From the IMG/VR virus record IMGVR_UViG_3300028025_003146, positions 1-64,000 of that record: 64,000 nt of DNA; one strand, 5' to 3'. Numbering within the stretch: position 1 is the first letter of the stretch; each line of letters opens with the position of its first letter. The DNA is from a virus. Lineage: Duplodnaviria; Caudoviricetes. Both the position numbers and the translations under genes were made by a program. Positions 1 through 9,124 of this stretch are shown in pieces. The notes beneath the pieces are model-generated. The model was not told the DNA's origin, made no database searches, and worked only from the letters and a program-made list of their open reading frames with translations.

Positions 1-1744
1 CAAGGGTATCTGAAATTACAGACAAGGTCTTAAGTCCTAGTGCATCTAGTTTGATAAGACCTATATCCGCAACCGTATCCATATCGTATGCAACGACAGG
101 AATTCTACCTGATACTAAATCACTTGCATCAGCTCTTGATTCAACAGGAGCATACTTTCTTAAATCATCTTTTGCAACTACAACACCTGCAGCGTGTACG
201 CCAACAGATCTAATTCTTCCACGCAGTCTATCTGCAAGCCATAGGACTTCAGGATACTTAGTTCTAAACTCTTTAGTGTTTGGTGAATCAACAAAGTCTT
301 CGAAGGTATCAATAGACTTCATTGCACGGTTAACATCTGAAAGAGGAACCATAAATACACGAGCAGCATCTCTTATTACACCCTTATCTTTAAAGTAAGT
401 GTATGTAGAAATAGATGCAACATGCTTAAACTTCTTCTTTAAATAATCTTTAACTTCTTTACGACGACGGTCTTCAAAGTCTGTATCAATATCTGGAAAA
501 TCATTACGCTCTGGGTTAATAAAACGGAAGAACAATAAATCATATTTAATTGGGTCTACATCTGTAATTCCTAGCGAATAACATACCAGCGAGCCAGCGG
601 CAGATCCACGACCTGGACCTACCCTAATATTATTTTCCTTTGCCCAGTTAATCATGTCTGCAACAACCAAGAAATAAGAAGCAAAAGACTTATCTTTAAT
701 TACAGATAACTCCTCATTAAGCCTATCAATGTAGACTTGAGACTCTGCCAGACCTAGCCTTTTAAGGCCTTCAGAGGCCATCTGAGCCAGTTTCTGGTCG
801 GCATCCGTCTTGGGTACGGGTAGAAGGTCTAAACCACTGTTAAAATCGTATTCTCCAATTTTCTCAGCAATTTCCATGGTATTATCATATATATCTGTAC
901 GAGTAATCCCAGCCTTATTGAAGTCAGATTCAATTTCAGACCTTGATTGAATAAATAAATTGTAGTCCTGAAAGGATATTCTACGGTCTGGATATAGGTA
1001 ATTTAATCTCTCATTAATATCTTTAATCTGTCTAGACATTTCAAAATCAGCATCCTTATCTATCTTGGGGGATGTTGATAATATAAGCATTGCTTCTTCT
1101 AAGACTCTATCTTCTTCTTTAGCAAAGTGAGCATCTCCTGTTGCCACCGCCTTAATTTTAAGTTCATCCGCCAATTCTAATAGGGCAGAGTTAATTGGCT
1201 CAGGGTTATGTGATTGAACCTCAACATAAAAGTCTGGGCCAAAGGTCTTCTTAAATCCTTCAAGTAGAGTTCTAGCCTCATCGAGACTGCCTCTATCGAT
1301 AGCCTTACTAATTAATCCATTAAGACATCCGCTCAAAACAATGATGCCTTCGCTATATTGATCTAATACTTCTCTGTCAATTCTTGGCTTATGATAAAAG
1401 CCTTCGTTCCAAGCAAGCTCTTGAAGAGCATTAATATTCTCTAATCCCTTTTTGTTCTTTGCCAGTAGGATAATGTGGTTGTATGCCTGAATAGATTTAT
1501 CTGTCTTTGAAGACTTATCGAATCTATCTGTTGGAGATATGTATGCTTCTACTCCAAGGATTGGCTTAATGCCTTCTTCTTTGCATGCAATTTGCATTTC
1601 ACGGTGTGAAGATAATGTTCCGTGATCTGTAATAGCTATTGCTGTTTGTCCCGCTGCTTTTGCCGCTTGAACAAGTTCGAGGGGAGAGTTAAGACCATCC
1701 ATTAATGAATAGTAGGAATGCACATGTAGATGTGTAAATTTCAT
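1..1744 (-). CDS. dnaE: DNA polymerase III alpha subunit (N-terminal part, runs off left edge; absent from ORF track)
   Basis: Manual translation from ATG at 1744: MKFTHLHVHSYYSLMDG...AITDHG...GVEAY (PHP domain) and GPGRGSAAGSLVCYSLGIT...FINPERNDFPDIDTDF (PolIII catalytic motifs). Confidence 0.96.
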   Translation of the reverse strand, partial: MKFTHLHVHSYYSLMDGLNSPLELVQAAKAAGQTAIAITDHGTLSSHREMQIACKEEGIKPILGVEAYISPTDRFDKSSKTDKSIQAYNHIILLAKNKKGLENINALQELAWNEGFYHKPRIDREVLDQYSEGIIVLSGCLNGLISKAIDRGSLDEARTLLEGFKKTFGPDFYVEVQSHNPEPINSALLELADELKIKAVATGDAHFAKEEDRVLEEAMLILSTSPKIDKDADFEMSRQIKDINERLNYLYPDRRISFQDYNLFIQSRSEIESDFNKAGITRTDIYDNTMEIAEKIGEYDFNSGLDLLPVPKTDADQKLAQMASEGLKRLGLAESQVYIDRLNEELSVIKDKSFASYFLVVADMINWAKENNIRVGPGRGSAAGSLVCYSLGITDVDPIKYDLLFFRFINPERNDFPDIDTDFEDRRRKEVKDYLKKKFKHVASISTYTYFKDKGVIRDAARVFMVPLSDVNRAMKSIDTFEDFVDSPNTKEFRTKYPEVLWLADRLRGRIRSVGVHAAGVVVAKDDLRKYAPVESRADASDLVSGRIPVVAYDMDTVADIGLIKLDALGLKTLSVISDTL

Positions 1745-1767
1745 TTAACTCTCCGCCTCTTAACCTA

Positions 1768-2433
1768 TTACCAGTCTACGCTACTTGAAGAAGTAGACTC
1801 TTCGCCATTTGCTTCACCAGCAAAAAATGCTTCTTGCTCTGTGTATGGCATGTCACGCACTGCTGTATCCTCAAGCTGATAAAGCTCAAGTGATGAGCCA
1901 TCAAATGGTGTTTCATCTTTTGCAAGTGGGATAATTGTGTAGCTTGTGTCTGTCTTTGTGCCAGTACGCTTAATGCGCCACATTAGGTTAGTAATGCTTC
2001 CCATTTCTCCAGCGTACTCAATTAGTGTCGGTGTGATTGTCTTTCCACTTGAACCCTGAGACAAGATTCCTACATAAGGATCTTCCTTGCCATCATCTAC
2101 AAGAACATTAATGTAAAGTCGTGAACGACCCTTCCATCCTGCCTTATAGTCCTTGCGGTGTTGTTCGCAACCGTAACACTTGCCTTGATCGTCCATTGTG
2201 CATAGGGCCTTGCGACGATAGTCTTTTGGATTTGTGTGTTCTACTGCAATAAATCCTAGACCTAGCTTTTCATCATATGTAGGTGAGTCTGGATCAAGTT
2301 CTTGAAGAAAACGGACTTTAACGCTTTCTGCATCTTCTAGCTTAACCCAACGAGCCTTAGTACCGTCTCCACCTGAAGACTGTGGCTTGTCCATTACTTT
2401 GTTAAGGTCTTTCAACCCTTTTACTATTCCCAT
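1768..2433 (-). CDS. Single-stranded DNA-binding protein (gp32-like, Zn-binding)
   Basis: VKVRFL, H...C-x8-C-x2-C cluster, RIKRTGTKTDTSY, acidic tail ending SVDW; sits between primase and DnaE. Confidence 0.75.
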   Translation of the reverse strand: MGIVKGLKDLNKVMDKPQSSGGDGTKARWVKLEDAESVKVRFLQELDPDSPTYDEKLGLGFIAVEHTNPKDYRRKALCTMDDQGKCYGCEQHRKDYKAGWKGRSRLYINVLVDDGKEDPYVGILSQGSSGKTITPTLIEYAGEMGSITNLMWRIKRTGTKTDTSYTIIPLAKDETPFDGSSLELYQLEDTAVRDMPYTEQEAFFAGEANGEESTSSSSVDW

Positions 2434-2485
2434 GTTTCCTCATTTCATATAGTTGATGGTGTATATCCATCTTTAGTTTGTTTTA

Positions 2486-3484
2486 TTATGGGGTCCAAGA
2501 TCGGTACTCTATGTCTGATACTGCATTTTTAATACAGGTTTTAATTTCTTCATCAGTCATGTCGCCAGCATCTTTTGCATCATGTGGATATATCTTACCA
2601 TATTCATGGGAAGCCCACAAGAGGTCTTTATTTTTTAATCTATTGGCTATGCTCAAGCCTAGCTCTCTGCCAGCCAAATCTGCGTCTGTCATTACAGTTA
2701 TTTTATTAAAATATCTATTTAAAAGTTTTTGCTGTTCTGTGGATAATATACCACCAAGGACGGCAACCACATTTGGAAACCCAGCTTGATGTATTCTAAT
2801 TGCATCAAAGTTGGATTCAACTACAATAACATTCTCACCAATTTTCTTTGCACGGTGAACGTTAAATAATGTTTTGCTCTTAGGCAGGTTGGTACTATTT
2901 TTAAATGACTTGCCCTCGATTGATCTTCCCACTAAACCTATTGGTGTTCCGTCTGGACTATGCACAGGAGTAATAACCATATTCATTGAAGTAGAGTATC
3001 CTAATCCAAAATGGTTCATAGAATCCTCATTAATACTTCTTGATTTAAGATAGTCTTTTGCGCTTTGGCTTGCTAGAAGATCTGTATGAAGTCTATCTAA
3101 AGTCTCTTGTGAAAACTCTTCGAAGTCTGGCTTCTCTTCAAACATATTTGCCATAATCTCATCAAAATTATTAAGAGCGGCTTGCTCTTGTGTTGCAATA
3201 AATCTAATTGCTTCAAAGTCATTCTTGTGTAGCACACGTCTAACTAACTCAGTTAATGTTCCAGACTCTCCACATGATGGATTAAAGCATAGCCATGCCC
3301 CTGAAGATTTGTTAATACAGCAACTTGCAGTGTGTCTATTGGAATGAAAAGGGCAGTAAAACATAACCTCATTGCCTGGTTCCGCAACTATATCTAAGCC
3401 TAAAGCTTTTATTACTGACTTGATATGGTTGGGCGCATATTGCGTGGAATCAATTTTCCTTGCGTTATACCCTCTGATAGCCAT
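2486..3484 (-). CDS. dnaG: DNA primase (CHC2 zinc finger + TOPRIM)
   Basis: CPFH...WLCFNPSC zinc finger; VIVVESNFDA and MTDADLAG TOPRIM motifs; KDAGD. Start uncertain (ORF track extends to 3535). Confidence 0.92.
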   Translation of the reverse strand: MAIRGYNARKIDSTQYAPNHIKSVIKALGLDIVAEPGNEVMFYCPFHSNRHTASCCINKSSGAWLCFNPSCGESGTLTELVRRVLHKNDFEAIRFIATQEQAALNNFDEIMANMFEEKPDFEEFSQETLDRLHTDLLASQSAKDYLKSRSINEDSMNHFGLGYSTSMNMVITPVHSPDGTPIGLVGRSIEGKSFKNSTNLPKSKTLFNVHRAKKIGENVIVVESNFDAIRIHQAGFPNVVAVLGGILSTEQQKLLNRYFNKITVMTDADLAGRELGLSIANRLKNKDLLWASHEYGKIYPHDAKDAGDMTDEEIKTCIKNAVSDIEYRSWTP

Positions 3485-3711
3485 GCCTTCTTCTTTCCTA
3501 CGTATACTCCGTAGAGTGTCATTAAGAACACCCACGTTTGTCCGTCAAATTGTACTGAAAAGTTGGTGTCTATGTCAAGCACTCTTACATAGCCCTTGCT
3601 TCTCATGTCGTGGACAAGCATGCTTTCGTACTGGTATTTTAATCTAGGTATACCAGAATCGTCAGCAAACTCAACCCTTACTTGAAATCTTTTTATCTGT
3701 TTGTGGTTCAT
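3412..3711 (-). CDS. Hypothetical protein between helicase and primase
   Basis: ORF from MNHKQIKRF; overlaps both neighbours. Confidence 0.7.
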   Translation of the reverse strand: MNHKQIKRFQVRVEFADDSGIPRLKYQYESMLVHDMRSKGYVRVLDIDTNFSVQFDGQTWVFLMTLYGVYVGKKKAWLSEGITQGKLIPRNMRPTISSQ

Positions 3712-4939
3712 CTTTTTGGAATGGATTCTCGTAGATTTCCTTGACGATACCACGGTTGATATCCCAGTCTAGGTAGAAATTAAAATCATGACCGTGTCTA
3801 TTCTTACGAGAAACAATCTCAATCATATTAGTTTGTGGGTATCTGTGAACGGCTAAGGCCATATCAGCATCATACTCAATTGCCTTCGACCAAGCAACTT
3901 GGCTCATCATTGGCGGATTATCTTGATCAGAGATATCGTCTGCTGTTGCAGCAGTAATATCAATAATAGGAATGTTGTTAGACACCGCAAGCATCTTGAA
4001 CTCACGAGAAACGTTTCTATTTCTTTCTACTTCAGAGTTAGAACGCTTGTTATCATTAAATAGCTGATGGTAATCTAGAATAACTAAGTCTGGCTTATGT
4101 TGATCTATCTTGCCTTGAATAGTTGCAGGAGTAACTTCTGATGCACCTTCATTTGAGATAAGAACAAAACTATTCTTTCCCTCAAACTTCTTGTTTCCCC
4201 AACTGCGGAAATCATCAATGTTAATATCACCCTTTGACAAATCACTTGCACGGAATATACCAGAGCCAAGCATAGTAAAGATACGGTCACGCATATTCTC
4301 TGGAGACATTTCAAGAGATACGATCATTGGCTTAAAGCCTTGCTCCCACGCCTTACAAGCAAGATATGATGTAAACCAAGTCTTACCCTTTCCTGGCCAA
4401 CCGATTGCTACAATTAAATGTCCTGGAGCCATGCCTGTTGGATATGCTTTGTCAATCGCTTCAAATCCTGTAAGGATTCCTGGGGCTCCGCCCATTACAG
4501 ATGAACGCTCTTTAACTGCTTGATAATGTCGTGCAGCATTCTCAACATCAATAATATCTAAGTCTCTTACGTTATTTGTGTATCGGCTTAGTCCAGCAAG
4601 GTCACTCTGCATTTGTGCAAGAACTCTTGATGCTGCATCTTCTTTGAGAGCAGACCCTCCACGCATAATAATTGTCTTAAGCTTGTTAGAGATAAACTCA
4701 TTCTTTAATATGTCTAAGTAATACCCAGTCTCTGCTTTTGCCTCAACTGGCTCAAAGTCTTTATGTCGTTCCATAAGAACGCCTGCTTCAGGAACTGCTT
4801 TAAACTTATAGTAGTATGACTTTAGGCTTTCCCAGATATCTCTATGTGATGTAAAGAGATCGTCTACGTTATCCGCAAGTAGTGTGCTGATATCTTTATT
4901 CTTGCATACAGCAGAGATTAGTGTTGCTTCTGTATTCAC
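3671..4939 (-). CDS. dnaB: Replicative DNA helicase, DnaB family
   Basis: Walker A GWPGKGKT, SLEMS, LVILDYHQL, IEYDAD, KNRHG. Confidence 0.95.
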   Translation of the reverse strand: MNTEATLISAVCKNKDISTLLADNVDDLFTSHRDIWESLKSYYYKFKAVPEAGVLMERHKDFEPVEAKAETGYYLDILKNEFISNKLKTIIMRGGSALKEDAASRVLAQMQSDLAGLSRYTNNVRDLDIIDVENAARHYQAVKERSSVMGGAPGILTGFEAIDKAYPTGMAPGHLIVAIGWPGKGKTWFTSYLACKAWEQGFKPMIVSLEMSPENMRDRIFTMLGSGIFRASDLSKGDINIDDFRSWGNKKFEGKNSFVLISNEGASEVTPATIQGKIDQHKPDLVILDYHQLFNDNKRSNSEVERNRNVSREFKMLAVSNNIPIIDITAATADDISDQDNPPMMSQVAWSKAIEYDADMALAVHRYPQTNMIEIVSRKNRHGHDFNFYLDWDINRGIVKEIYENPFQKDEPQTDKKISSKG

Positions 4940-5253
4940 TCTTCGCCCTCCACCATCTTCTTAGTCTCATTCAGTAGAATGCTACGGTTAAACTTATCTT
5001 TCTTAATTTCTTTATTTAAAGCGTCTATCCTATCAAAATTGTTATAGAAAAAATTTAATGGGTGTCCCTGCTTGTTGGTAGAGAAGTAGTATATCAAAAG
5101 TTCCTGAGCACGTTGAAATCCAACGCTTTCAATTACATCATTCATAGCCCACTTTTCTCTAAACTTATTTACAGTAAGGGACTTGTTATACTTCTCTTTG
5201 TAAAGTGAAAGGTACAATCCAATTAGGACGTACGGCTCTTTTTCATTTGCCAC
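4936..5253 (-). CDS. Hypothetical protein coupled to dnaB
   Basis: 105-aa ORF, ATGA overlap with dnaB start. Confidence 0.7.
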   Translation of the reverse strand: MANEKEPYVLIGLYLSLYKEKYNKSLTVNKFREKWAMNDVIESVGFQRAQELLIYYFSTNKQGHPLNFFYNNFDRIDALNKEIKKDKFNRSILLNETKKMVEGEE

Positions 5254-5446
5254 TCTTGAGCTCTTCTTCTACCTCACGAGTCTTTTGAATAAGCTTATCT
5301 TCGACAAACTTATAAACTCTTTCTGTTGCTGCATCAACACTTTCTCCAGAACGGAGATCGTCTTCAACGCCAACACCTATTTTAATGCTTTCGTAGTTAC
5401 CCAAATTGCGTGTGAACGACAGGTCCACCTTAACTCTCGTTGTCAC
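5243..5446 (-). CDS. Small hypothetical phage protein
   Basis: 67 aa, GTG start with AAGGAG SD, TRNLGNYESIKI. Confidence 0.7.
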   Translation of the reverse strand: MTTRVKVDLSFTRNLGNYESIKIGVGVEDDLRSGESVDAATERVYKFVEDKLIQKTREVEEELKSGK

Positions 5447-5553
5447 TTGTGCTCCTTATTTGTATGGTTAGATAATGTCATATGGGCAAAATCTGATCTG
5501 ACTTCTAATTCTTTATTACAAACTGGGCAAATTACAATTCTGCTACTTGCCAT
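5443..5553 (-). CDS. 36-aa C2H2-type zinc-finger miniprotein (not in ORF track)
   Basis: MASSRIVICPVCNKELEVRSDFAHMTLSNHTNKEHK*; fills the gap exactly with TAATG and GTGA overlaps. Confidence 0.75.
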   Translation of the reverse strand: MASSRIVICPVCNKELEVRSDFAHMTLSNHTNKEHK

Positions 5554-6035
5554 TATTCCGCCTTCCATACTGGTATAAATCCGCTATCTGTCTTAGTATA
5601 CAATATAATGTTGTGTTTGAGAAGACCTATAAGCTCTGTTCTTGAAGGAACATTTCCAGAGTGTCCTGAATCTAATATAAACTCATGCAGATCTAATATA
5701 TCTTTTTCACAAAACATATACTTAGACCAATGCTTGTTATCTGGATCTCCTATAGGGTATATTTTTTGAGGGGCTTTAATTTTCCCGTCTAAAATATAAT
5801 CATGCAGGGTAACAGTATGTTTATTTAATAATGCCGAAACATCTTTCATGCCGTAAGCCTTACCCATATTCTTATCGACCTGTGAGTATGAGTACATAAC
5901 TCTTTTTTTATCTGGATAGCACCAAGCGACTAATTCATCCTTTGATCTGGACGACCTAATAACTTTATGTATTTTATCGTTTAAGAAGAAATACCGTAGT
6001 TTTTTAAGGTTGCTGTTTCTTTTTTTTCTAGCCAT
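5553..6035 (-). CDS. Putative helix-turn-helix DNA-binding protein (MerR/Xis-like)
   Basis: AYGMKDVSALLNKHTVTLHDYILDGKIKAP...YMFCEKDI pattern. Confidence 0.6.
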   Translation of the reverse strand: MARKKRNSNLKKLRYFFLNDKIHKVIRSSRSKDELVAWCYPDKKRVMYSYSQVDKNMGKAYGMKDVSALLNKHTVTLHDYILDGKIKAPQKIYPIGDPDNKHWSKYMFCEKDILDLHEFILDSGHSGNVPSRTELIGLLKHNIILYTKTDSGFIPVWKAE

Positions 6036-6166
6036 CTTCCGAAAGCACTCGTCTCTTTATTGCACATCCAGCGTTTGCCGCACATGATACAAAATAACTC
6101 TACATGTAGCTTTTGAGAAAATACTCTATCTACAAAAACCCTGCCTCTGCATTTTCCACACCACAT
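5981..6166 (-). CDS. Small zinc-ribbon protein
   Basis: CGKC...CIMCG, 61 aa, TAATG coupling to upstream gene. Confidence 0.7.
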   Translation of the reverse strand: MWCGKCRGRVFVDRVFSQKLHVELFCIMCGKRWMCNKETSAFGRWLEKKETATLKNYGISS

Positions 6167-6966
6167 TATAAGGTAAATACCTTTCCATCAACAACGCATG
6201 AATAGTCTGGTGATACGTGGATCATTTGAATGTGAGGATAATCATTTACAATATGAGCAACAGCAAATCCCTTTTGCCAATCGTGGTGCTGGCTGTACTT
6301 CATTCCATCACTCTTCTCATCACACATGTGACCAATTTCATATCCACGAAGTGTTTCTCCTTCGCCACCATTTCTAAGTTCATATGTTACCATATGTGAG
6401 GCAATTCTGTGTGAGTGTCCACGTATAAGTGAAACCTGTAGGTCTTCCATATCCTTTCTTACTGCTCCGCCTGCTGCAATTGAAAGTCCATGGTGTACGT
6501 GAATATCTCCAAAGCGACGCTTAGGCAATTCGTTGTAATAAATATATTCATATCCCAATGAATCTAGGCTCCACATAGATTCTGGAGTTACCTCAGAAAT
6601 ATACTCTGGAAGTTTTGCATCTACATAATTAAATACTCGGATGTCGTGATTGCCTAGAGCTGAAAACAATTGTGCATCAGGAAGCATTTCTCTTGTCTTA
6701 GCATAAAAGTCTCGTGCACCCTTTGCTTCATGGCGCATCATTGGAACAATTAGATCCTTGCTATCATTCTTATGATAGTTTAAAAACTCTGCAGACTTGC
6801 CTTCTGTATACTTGCTATAACATGCCTGATCATCTGTATCGCCGAGGTAGTCAACAACGTCTGGCTTAAACCACTTCATAACCTTAAACCAAAGGGCGAT
6901 CATCTTATCATCTTGATACGGGAACTGCTGGTCGGATGATAACATCCACTTTAAATCGTTGCTCAT
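6166..6966 (-). CDS. Calcineurin-like metallophosphoesterase
   Basis: SDQQ, LGDTDD, LGNHD, HHG, GHSHR motifs. Confidence 0.88.
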   Translation of the reverse strand: MSNDLKWMLSSDQQFPYQDDKMIALWFKVMKWFKPDVVDYLGDTDDQACYSKYTEGKSAEFLNYHKNDSKDLIVPMMRHEAKGARDFYAKTREMLPDAQLFSALGNHDIRVFNYVDAKLPEYISEVTPESMWSLDSLGYEYIYYNELPKRRFGDIHVHHGLSIAAGGAVRKDMEDLQVSLIRGHSHRIASHMVTYELRNGGEGETLRGYEIGHMCDEKSDGMKYSQHHDWQKGFAVAHIVNDYPHIQMIHVSPDYSCVVDGKVFTL

Positions 6967-6983
6967 TTTCTACCTTAATATGT

Positions 6984-7008
6984 AAAAAAGTCACGGGTAC
7001 GTGACTTT
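6984..7008 (-). terminator. Intrinsic terminator-like hairpin
   Basis: AAAGTCACG-TACC-CGTGACTTT running into a 6-T tract on the minus strand. Confidence 0.65.
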
Positions 7009-7020
7009 GATGTTACAGTA

Positions 7021-7048
7021 ATTGTAACATATTTGTGGGACTTGTCAA
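7021..7048 (-). promoter_or_regulatory. Sigma70-type promoter ahead of the replication block, overlapped by an operator-like palindrome
   Basis: TTGACA-16 nt-TACAAT with TGn extension; ATGTTACA-N5-TGTAACAT at 7010-7030. Confidence 0.7.
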
Positions 7049-7051
7049 GGG

Positions 7052-7498
7052 CTAAATTATATCCTTCATGCATATAGCTATGACATCTACGGACACATTT
7101 CTTGTTCCCGTTCCAGTCATGCTGCAAAAGATCTTTGGTGCTCCTGTTTTTACGTCTGATATGGCAACGTTAACGTTGTCATTGTCTCCTATTGCATTTG
7201 TTATTCCAGTGGTAACAAACACTTTTCCTGCATTTAAATCTTCTGGAGTGAATTTACCATTAAAATTAAAAGTATGCGTTTGCGCTGCTGCAGCTGCTTT
7301 AACATTTTGAAAAGTATATCTATAAGTAAATATTACTGGAACCTGAAGAGTTGTTCCTGCGCCAGCTCCTGCATTAGATAAAGATAAGGCGTTGGACTGA
7401 TATATATTATTTATATTTTGTACTAGCTTATTGAGCTTTGTGGGATCCAAAGGCTCGCCGTCATTAAAGGTAACGGGTATAAACTCATTTGTTGCCAT
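7052..7498 (-). CDS. Putative minor virion protein
   Basis: FNDGEPLDPTKLNKL N-terminal motif typical of fibre/anchor proteins; beta-rich C-terminus. Confidence 0.55.
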   Translation of the reverse strand: MATNEFIPVTFNDGEPLDPTKLNKLVQNINNIYQSNALSLSNAGAGAGTTLQVPVIFTYRYTFQNVKAAAAAQTHTFNFNGKFTPEDLNAGKVFVTTGITNAIGDNDNVNVAISDVKTGAPKIFCSMTGTGTRNVSVDVIAICMKDII

Positions 7499-7509
7499 AT
7501 TTTATCTCC

Positions 7510-7683
7510 CTATAAAGGTAAAGAATTTTCGTATTCTTCTACCGCTTTTTCTTTTTCTTGCTTTTCTTCTGTCATTTTTGTAATTTCTGCACGAAGGATA
7601 GCAATCTGAGTCTCATAATTTGAGACAATTTCGCCTATTCTTTGTTGCAAAGCTGTAACTACCAGCTCAATCTTCTCTGCCAT
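7510..7683 (-). CDS. 57-aa coiled-coil protein (not in ORF track)
   Basis: MAEKIELVVTALQQRIGEIVSNYETQIAILRAEITKMTEEKQEKEKAVEEYENSLPL*; fills the gap, AGGA SD. Confidence 0.75.
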   Translation of the reverse strand: MAEKIELVVTALQQRIGEIVSNYETQIAILRAEITKMTEEKQEKEKAVEEYENSLPL

Positions 7684-7690
7684 TTTATTC

Positions 7691-7909
7691 CTATTCGACT
7701 AGTGAGGACTTCTCTGCATTTAGAGCATCCCTTTTTGCATTCAAGGTGCTAAGGTTGTTGTTTATTCTTTCTAGACCTTCTGGGTCTACGGTTGATCCCG
7801 CCTCGTATTGAATTACTTCTAATTCTAATCCGTAAATTGAAAAGTCTAAGCTCTTAATATGTTGATCAATAATAATTGTTTTTTCTTCTTTTGTGAGTGT
7901 GGTTGCCAT
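7691..7909 (-). CDS. Small helical hypothetical protein
   Basis: 72 aa, AAGGAGG SD, upstream TGATATAAT. Confidence 0.75.
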   Translation of the reverse strand: MATTLTKEEKTIIIDQHIKSLDFSIYGLELEVIQYEAGSTVDPEGLERINNNLSTLNAKRDALNAEKSSLVE

Positions 7910-7935
7910 AATTCCTCCTTTTCTTATTATATCAT

Positions 7936-8220
7936 TTATTGGTCTTGCTGGCTACTAGGGTCTTCGGGAAAGGGATCGTGCTTAACGCCATCAGGCAACA
8001 CTTTAACCAGAACCCCGTTCTTACGCCCTATTTTAACTTTTTCAACTATCAAAGACTTCATTTCATCATTAGCCTTTTTTAAAATTGGTATCTGGTCTTC
8101 ACCCTCTTCATATGGATTAATCGATCCGATAATTGCGTTAATTGCGTTCATGACAATTGCCTGTTGTTTTTCAATCTCCGCAAATCTTAAAGCATCTTCT
8201 GCTGAAAACTCTGTATTCAT
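7936..8220 (-). CDS. Helical hypothetical protein, paralogue of N-terminal domain of 9983-10405
   Basis: EIEKQQ...SIN...IL...DE...L..EK pattern shared. Confidence 0.7.
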   Translation of the reverse strand: MNTEFSAEDALRFAEIEKQQAIVMNAINAIIGSINPYEEGEDQIPILKKANDEMKSLIVEKVKIGRKNGVLVKVLPDGVKHDPFPEDPSSQQDQ

Positions 8221-8221
8221 T

Positions 8222-9124
8222 TTATCCTATTCTTCCAGTCTTAAAGTTAATATTAGCATATCTTTCGTATTCGTCAAGCCCTCTTTTAGACCCTAACGCT
8301 TGATACCCTATCACATTATTATCCACGATCCTAGACAACTCTGCCAGGGAGTCTACCAGAAGATCGTCAGTTTCTTTTTTAAAATAATTACCTGGTAGCT
8401 TTCTCATGCTCATATCTTCATTATCTGCGTTATAATATAAGTGATATATATTATTTTTTCTAGGTATTAAAAGGTCGTATCCATGTGTATAAAATCTAAC
8501 TGAGTATAATGTCTCTTCTCCCCAGTGCAATATTTTCTTGTTGGGCTCAATCATATGAAGATCCCCTGGGCCAAATATTTGTGCACCAGAAACTCCTTTT
8601 GTGAATATATTTCCTTCTTTATTATGCATAGATGCTTGTGGCAATATCTTATCTTTTAAAAACTGAGCCTGAGCCTCTGGGGTATTTGGATACCCTATGT
8701 ATGGAGTATCATCGTTTGGCAAATACTTAATCTTGCCTTCTTCGTAAAGATAAACTGCTGGATATGTCGTTAGTATTGGATTAAGTCCTGCTTCTTTATA
8801 ATATAAATAGTCTGATATTAAATACTTGTCCCAGTCTTTTTCAAACCTGCTATGTGAATCAATTTGCAAATAATAGTCTTCTCCATCATAAAAAGAGTTG
8901 GCTATAAATCTTCCTATGCCAACCCCGATTTTATCTGGAGCAACTGCTTCTTCAAACTTAATGTTTTTGAAATCAGGAATATTAATCTTATCTTCTTTGA
9001 AATAACAATTAAAAACTCCAAAATTAATTGTATGTTCGCCAGAGGACTTATCGATACAATCGAGTATAGTTAATGGGAGTTCACGATCTTGAAAAGAAGA
9101 TATCTGTACAAATATGCTAGACAT
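8222..9124 (-). CDS. GlcNAc transferase of the Skp1-GlcNAcT/GT60 type
   Basis: SIFVQISSFQD, G.G..R..ANSFYDGEDYYLQIDSHSRF..DWD, ILTTYP, GEE...SVRFYTHGYD, YHLY motifs. Confidence 0.88.
   Translation of the reverse strand: MSSIFVQISSFQDRELPLTILDCIDKSSGEHTINFGVFNCYFKEDKINIPDFKNIKFEEAVAPDKIGVGIGRFIANSFYDGEDYYLQIDSHSRFEKDWDKYLISDYLYYKEAGLNPILTTYPAVYLYEEGKIKYLPNDDTPYIGYPNTPEAQAQFLKDKILPQASMHNKEGNIFTKGVSGAQIFGPGDLHMIEPNKKILHWGEETLYSVRFYTHGYDLLIPRKNNIYHLYYNADNEDMSMRKLPGNYFKKETDDLLVDSLAELSRIVDNNVIGYQALGSKRGLDEYERYANINFKTGRIG

Noticed and set aside
2455-2472. GATGG/CCATC hairpin in the SSB leader as an autoregulatory structure
   Set aside because: Only 5 bp and no pseudoknot evident
1-4939. Inteins or introns in dnaE, primase or dnaB
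   Set aside because: Conserved motifs are contiguous at normal spacing in the visible portions
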